In this document: positions 61,556 to 64,000 of the stretch, one piece after another
Numbering within the stretch: the first letter of the stretch is position 1
How the letters are laid out: the number at the start of each line of letters is the position of its first letter
NCBI GenBank assembly: GCA_973851085.1
Contig: OZ316776.1
Coordinates: 5,518,001-5,582,000, forward strand
Direction: 5' to 3'
Source: Ptychomitrium polyphyllum
Taxonomy: Eukaryota
Length of the DNA: 64,000 nt
Notes under the pieces: generated by a model
What the model was told of the DNA's origin: nothing
What the model saw: the letters and a program-made list of their open reading frames with translations, nothing else
Databases searched by the model: none
Program-made: the position numbers and the translations under genes

Positions 61556-63485
61556 TTGCTGATGTAGTCTCTCCACCAAAGTTTTTTTCTCTTAGTTCAG
61601 TCTGATGTTGTCTATGTCTGATAACGTTGCTACTTTGGGATGTTACGCTGTTGCAAGGTGATCCTGATGCCCACCTTCTGGTGCACCGCCATGAAACCGC
61701 ATGATGCTGTGGGCTCTCTAAACCTCTTGAATGGGTTCAGATTACGGCATATAAAGAGAAACGGAAACATTAAACCCGGCGTTGCTTTGAGAATGTCATC
61801 CAGATGATCTCCTGAATCAAGAAGATGATCACCAGAACAGTGTTAGACATGCTTGATTGCACTTGATTGAGTGATGTAAACGAACGTCACAGTTGTGGAG
61901 GCACAAGTTCATGGCCTCTGAGGCCGTGAAATTCTATAAAGATATTCATGCTAAATCGTAAGAAGCGATCAGGTAATGTACATGTCCTGGTGACTGAGTA
62001 TGAAGTCCACATGAAGTGAAGATGTATAGATACATAGAGAAACGATTCAAGGACTCCAGTCGTACTGTGCTCTGACATTAACCGGCATTTAATCTTGCAC
62101 GTCAGTTGTCAAAGTCAAGGCGAGCAACAGTACTCAAGAATGTGGGCACCAAAAAAACTAAAGGTGATGAATAGGAAAAACCGATCAGTTCACAAAGATA
62201 GACAGTCTGACCACGAAGGCTGTCAGGCTCGCTGCAACCGTGTCAGTGCGTTCTGATAGTATTTGCAGATACACAACCAGACCAGGGTTGATAATCACAT
62301 AGTTGAATACTGATTGGCAGATCTCAACATTGCATGAACCTTGCTTGAAAACTCACCTTTGAGACGAGAATACTACGTATACCTACACAAGCTGCAAACT
62401 ACTTTGGAAGCACAAATTCTATACGGAATCATCAAGAAGATAAAGTCGTCGGAAACGAAGGAGTACCTTCACACACCTGTAGAGCTTGTACTTCACACGC
62501 CGCTGCTCACTGCTTGTCACCTTCTCCGTTGAACTGAGGAATTAGACCTAGTCTCTGGAACAACGGAAGCAGACTCCAAAGAGCACCGGAAATCACTCTT
62601 CTCACTGAAATGCTTGCAGAGTCATCGCTAAGCAATATCAGGTGGTTCCCAGAATGGTAGAACAGGACAAAGGCAAGCCAGAGAGCTCCTTTAGTCAGAA
62701 AGAACAAAAACAAAAAAGAAGAAATTAACTACAGTGTAGTGCAGTCTGCGTTGTCATCCCCAAGCTCTCTCAACAGCACCACTCTGCTGCTAATTAACTT
62801 TTCTGCTCCACAACCCACCTTCACAATGCGTTTCCCAGAGTGACCAAAAAAGAACCAGAACGAGCTTGGAAAGTAGAGGTCAACCACCAAGTACGTCGCA
62901 GCACCAACCCCCCACAAAGCAACTTCAAGTCCCTTTAAACATTCGTCATTGTCCACATCTAAACCATCACCTCCACCAGCAGCCGTTGTACCACCGCTAC
63001 CTCCAACCTCAACACAATACAGCTGAGCTGAGTCTCTCAAAAGCTCTTCAATGTCCCAAACAATATGATATTACTCCTCTCAAATGCTAACTGCAAAAGT
63101 TCTCTAAACCACAACAACCTAAGGCCACAACGAAAGCTGCTGCATTGAGCGACGTGATGGTATTAACCCAAGATGACAGTTCTGGTGAGTGAGTGGCCGC
63201 CATGGATCAATACATAGAGGGAGAAATAGAAGGGGAGCTGAGTGAAGTGAAGGGAGTGAAGGGAGTGAAGGGAGAGACTGGGGGTGAGTGACTGAGACTG
63301 GCAAGACCTCTAGTGGAGTGGAGAGGGTGGCAGTAAAGGAGAAGAGAAGGGCCATTGATTGATTATGTGAGGCAGCTCCTGCATCATGACTGCAGCAGGA
63401 AGTTAGCAGGGTGGTGGAGAAGACCAGCCTGAAAATTTAATCATTTCTGAAAGATAAGAATAAAGGAAAACTATGGGAAAACCAA

Positions 63486-63507
63486 GGGCGTTGACTGGGC
63501 GTTGACC
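63486..63507. promoter_or_regulatory. Tandem 11-bp duplication carrying two W-boxes (TTGACT, TTGACC)
   Basis: GGGCGTTGACT GGGCGTTGACC, upstream of the CT-rich putative 5' end of the BIR-like gene. Confidence 0.45.
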
Positions 63508-64000
63508 AGTGTAAGTTATCATCTTGCCTTTGATCTCAATGGGTCTCACCACTACGACCACTGAGTAGTGGTAAATTGGTAATCTATCCAGTGATTGATG
63601 GACTTCTCATTATTACAAGGCATTCCTTCCTGCTGCATCAAGCCCCCCTGGGCTGTGGCTCACATGCAGAAGGGTCTACAAGGTTGAGCTCCAGCCTAGA
63701 GGTCTAGCTACTGGAGTATGTCAAGAGTCACCGCTATTGTAACATGCCTTGATGGGTGTAATTCGTCAATACTGTAATTTGTGGCTGCCTGCGGCAGTGA
63801 TGGACTAGAAGTGTAGAAACTGGGTTGTACAGCTGATCAATAGCTTGCACTGAGGCCTCATTTAATGGAGTTTGGTGCTTGGTTCCACTGTGCAGGAAAT
63901 TATCTGTGCAAGTTAGTGAATCTGGAGCATGATGTTGGTTTGTTTGCAATTGATAAATTTGGAAAGGGTCTCTTTGTACTCAGTCTAGAATTGCTGTGTC

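Noticed and set aside
62729..63040. 103-aa minus-strand ORF upstream of the BIR-like gene
   Set aside because: Non-ATG start, low complexity, no recognisable domain; probably leader or intron sequence.
1..64000. tRNA, rRNA or snoRNA genes
   Set aside because: None recognised by eye; a covariance-model scan (tRNAscan-SE, Infernal/Rfam) would be needed to exclude them.

Overview
Eukaryotic plant genomic DNA with GT-AG introns. Gene content and the LTR families suggest a moss (Funariaceae/Physcomitrium-like); this assignment is an inference. The window has three zones. (1) 1-13.8 kb: a decayed DDD/E-transposase relic, a 12-bp minisatellite, a subtilase pseudogene and a 7-exon Mis12-like kinetochore gene (minus strand). 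(2) 13,840-36,608: one nested Ty3/gypsy chromovirus block bounded by a perfect CCTTG target-site duplication (TSD). It holds a three-LTR minus-strand element of family 1 (Tcn1/RLG1-like), a solo LTR and a full copy of family 2 (tRNA-iMet primer-binding site), and a full plus-strand copy of family 1. (3) 37.6-64 kb: gene-dense region with 60S acidic ribosomal protein P2, NF-YC, ChlI, an LRR-less MDIS/MRH1-like pseudokinase, a Tim17/22/23-family protein, uracil-DNA glycosylase and a BIR-like LRR-RLK. The most interesting signals are in retroelement family 1: a conserved 199-codon extra ORF whose ATG overlaps the pol stop (TGATG), a tRNA-independent self-priming signature, and a -1 frameshift site with a stem/pseudoknot. 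No database search was possible, so none of these is shown to be novel.
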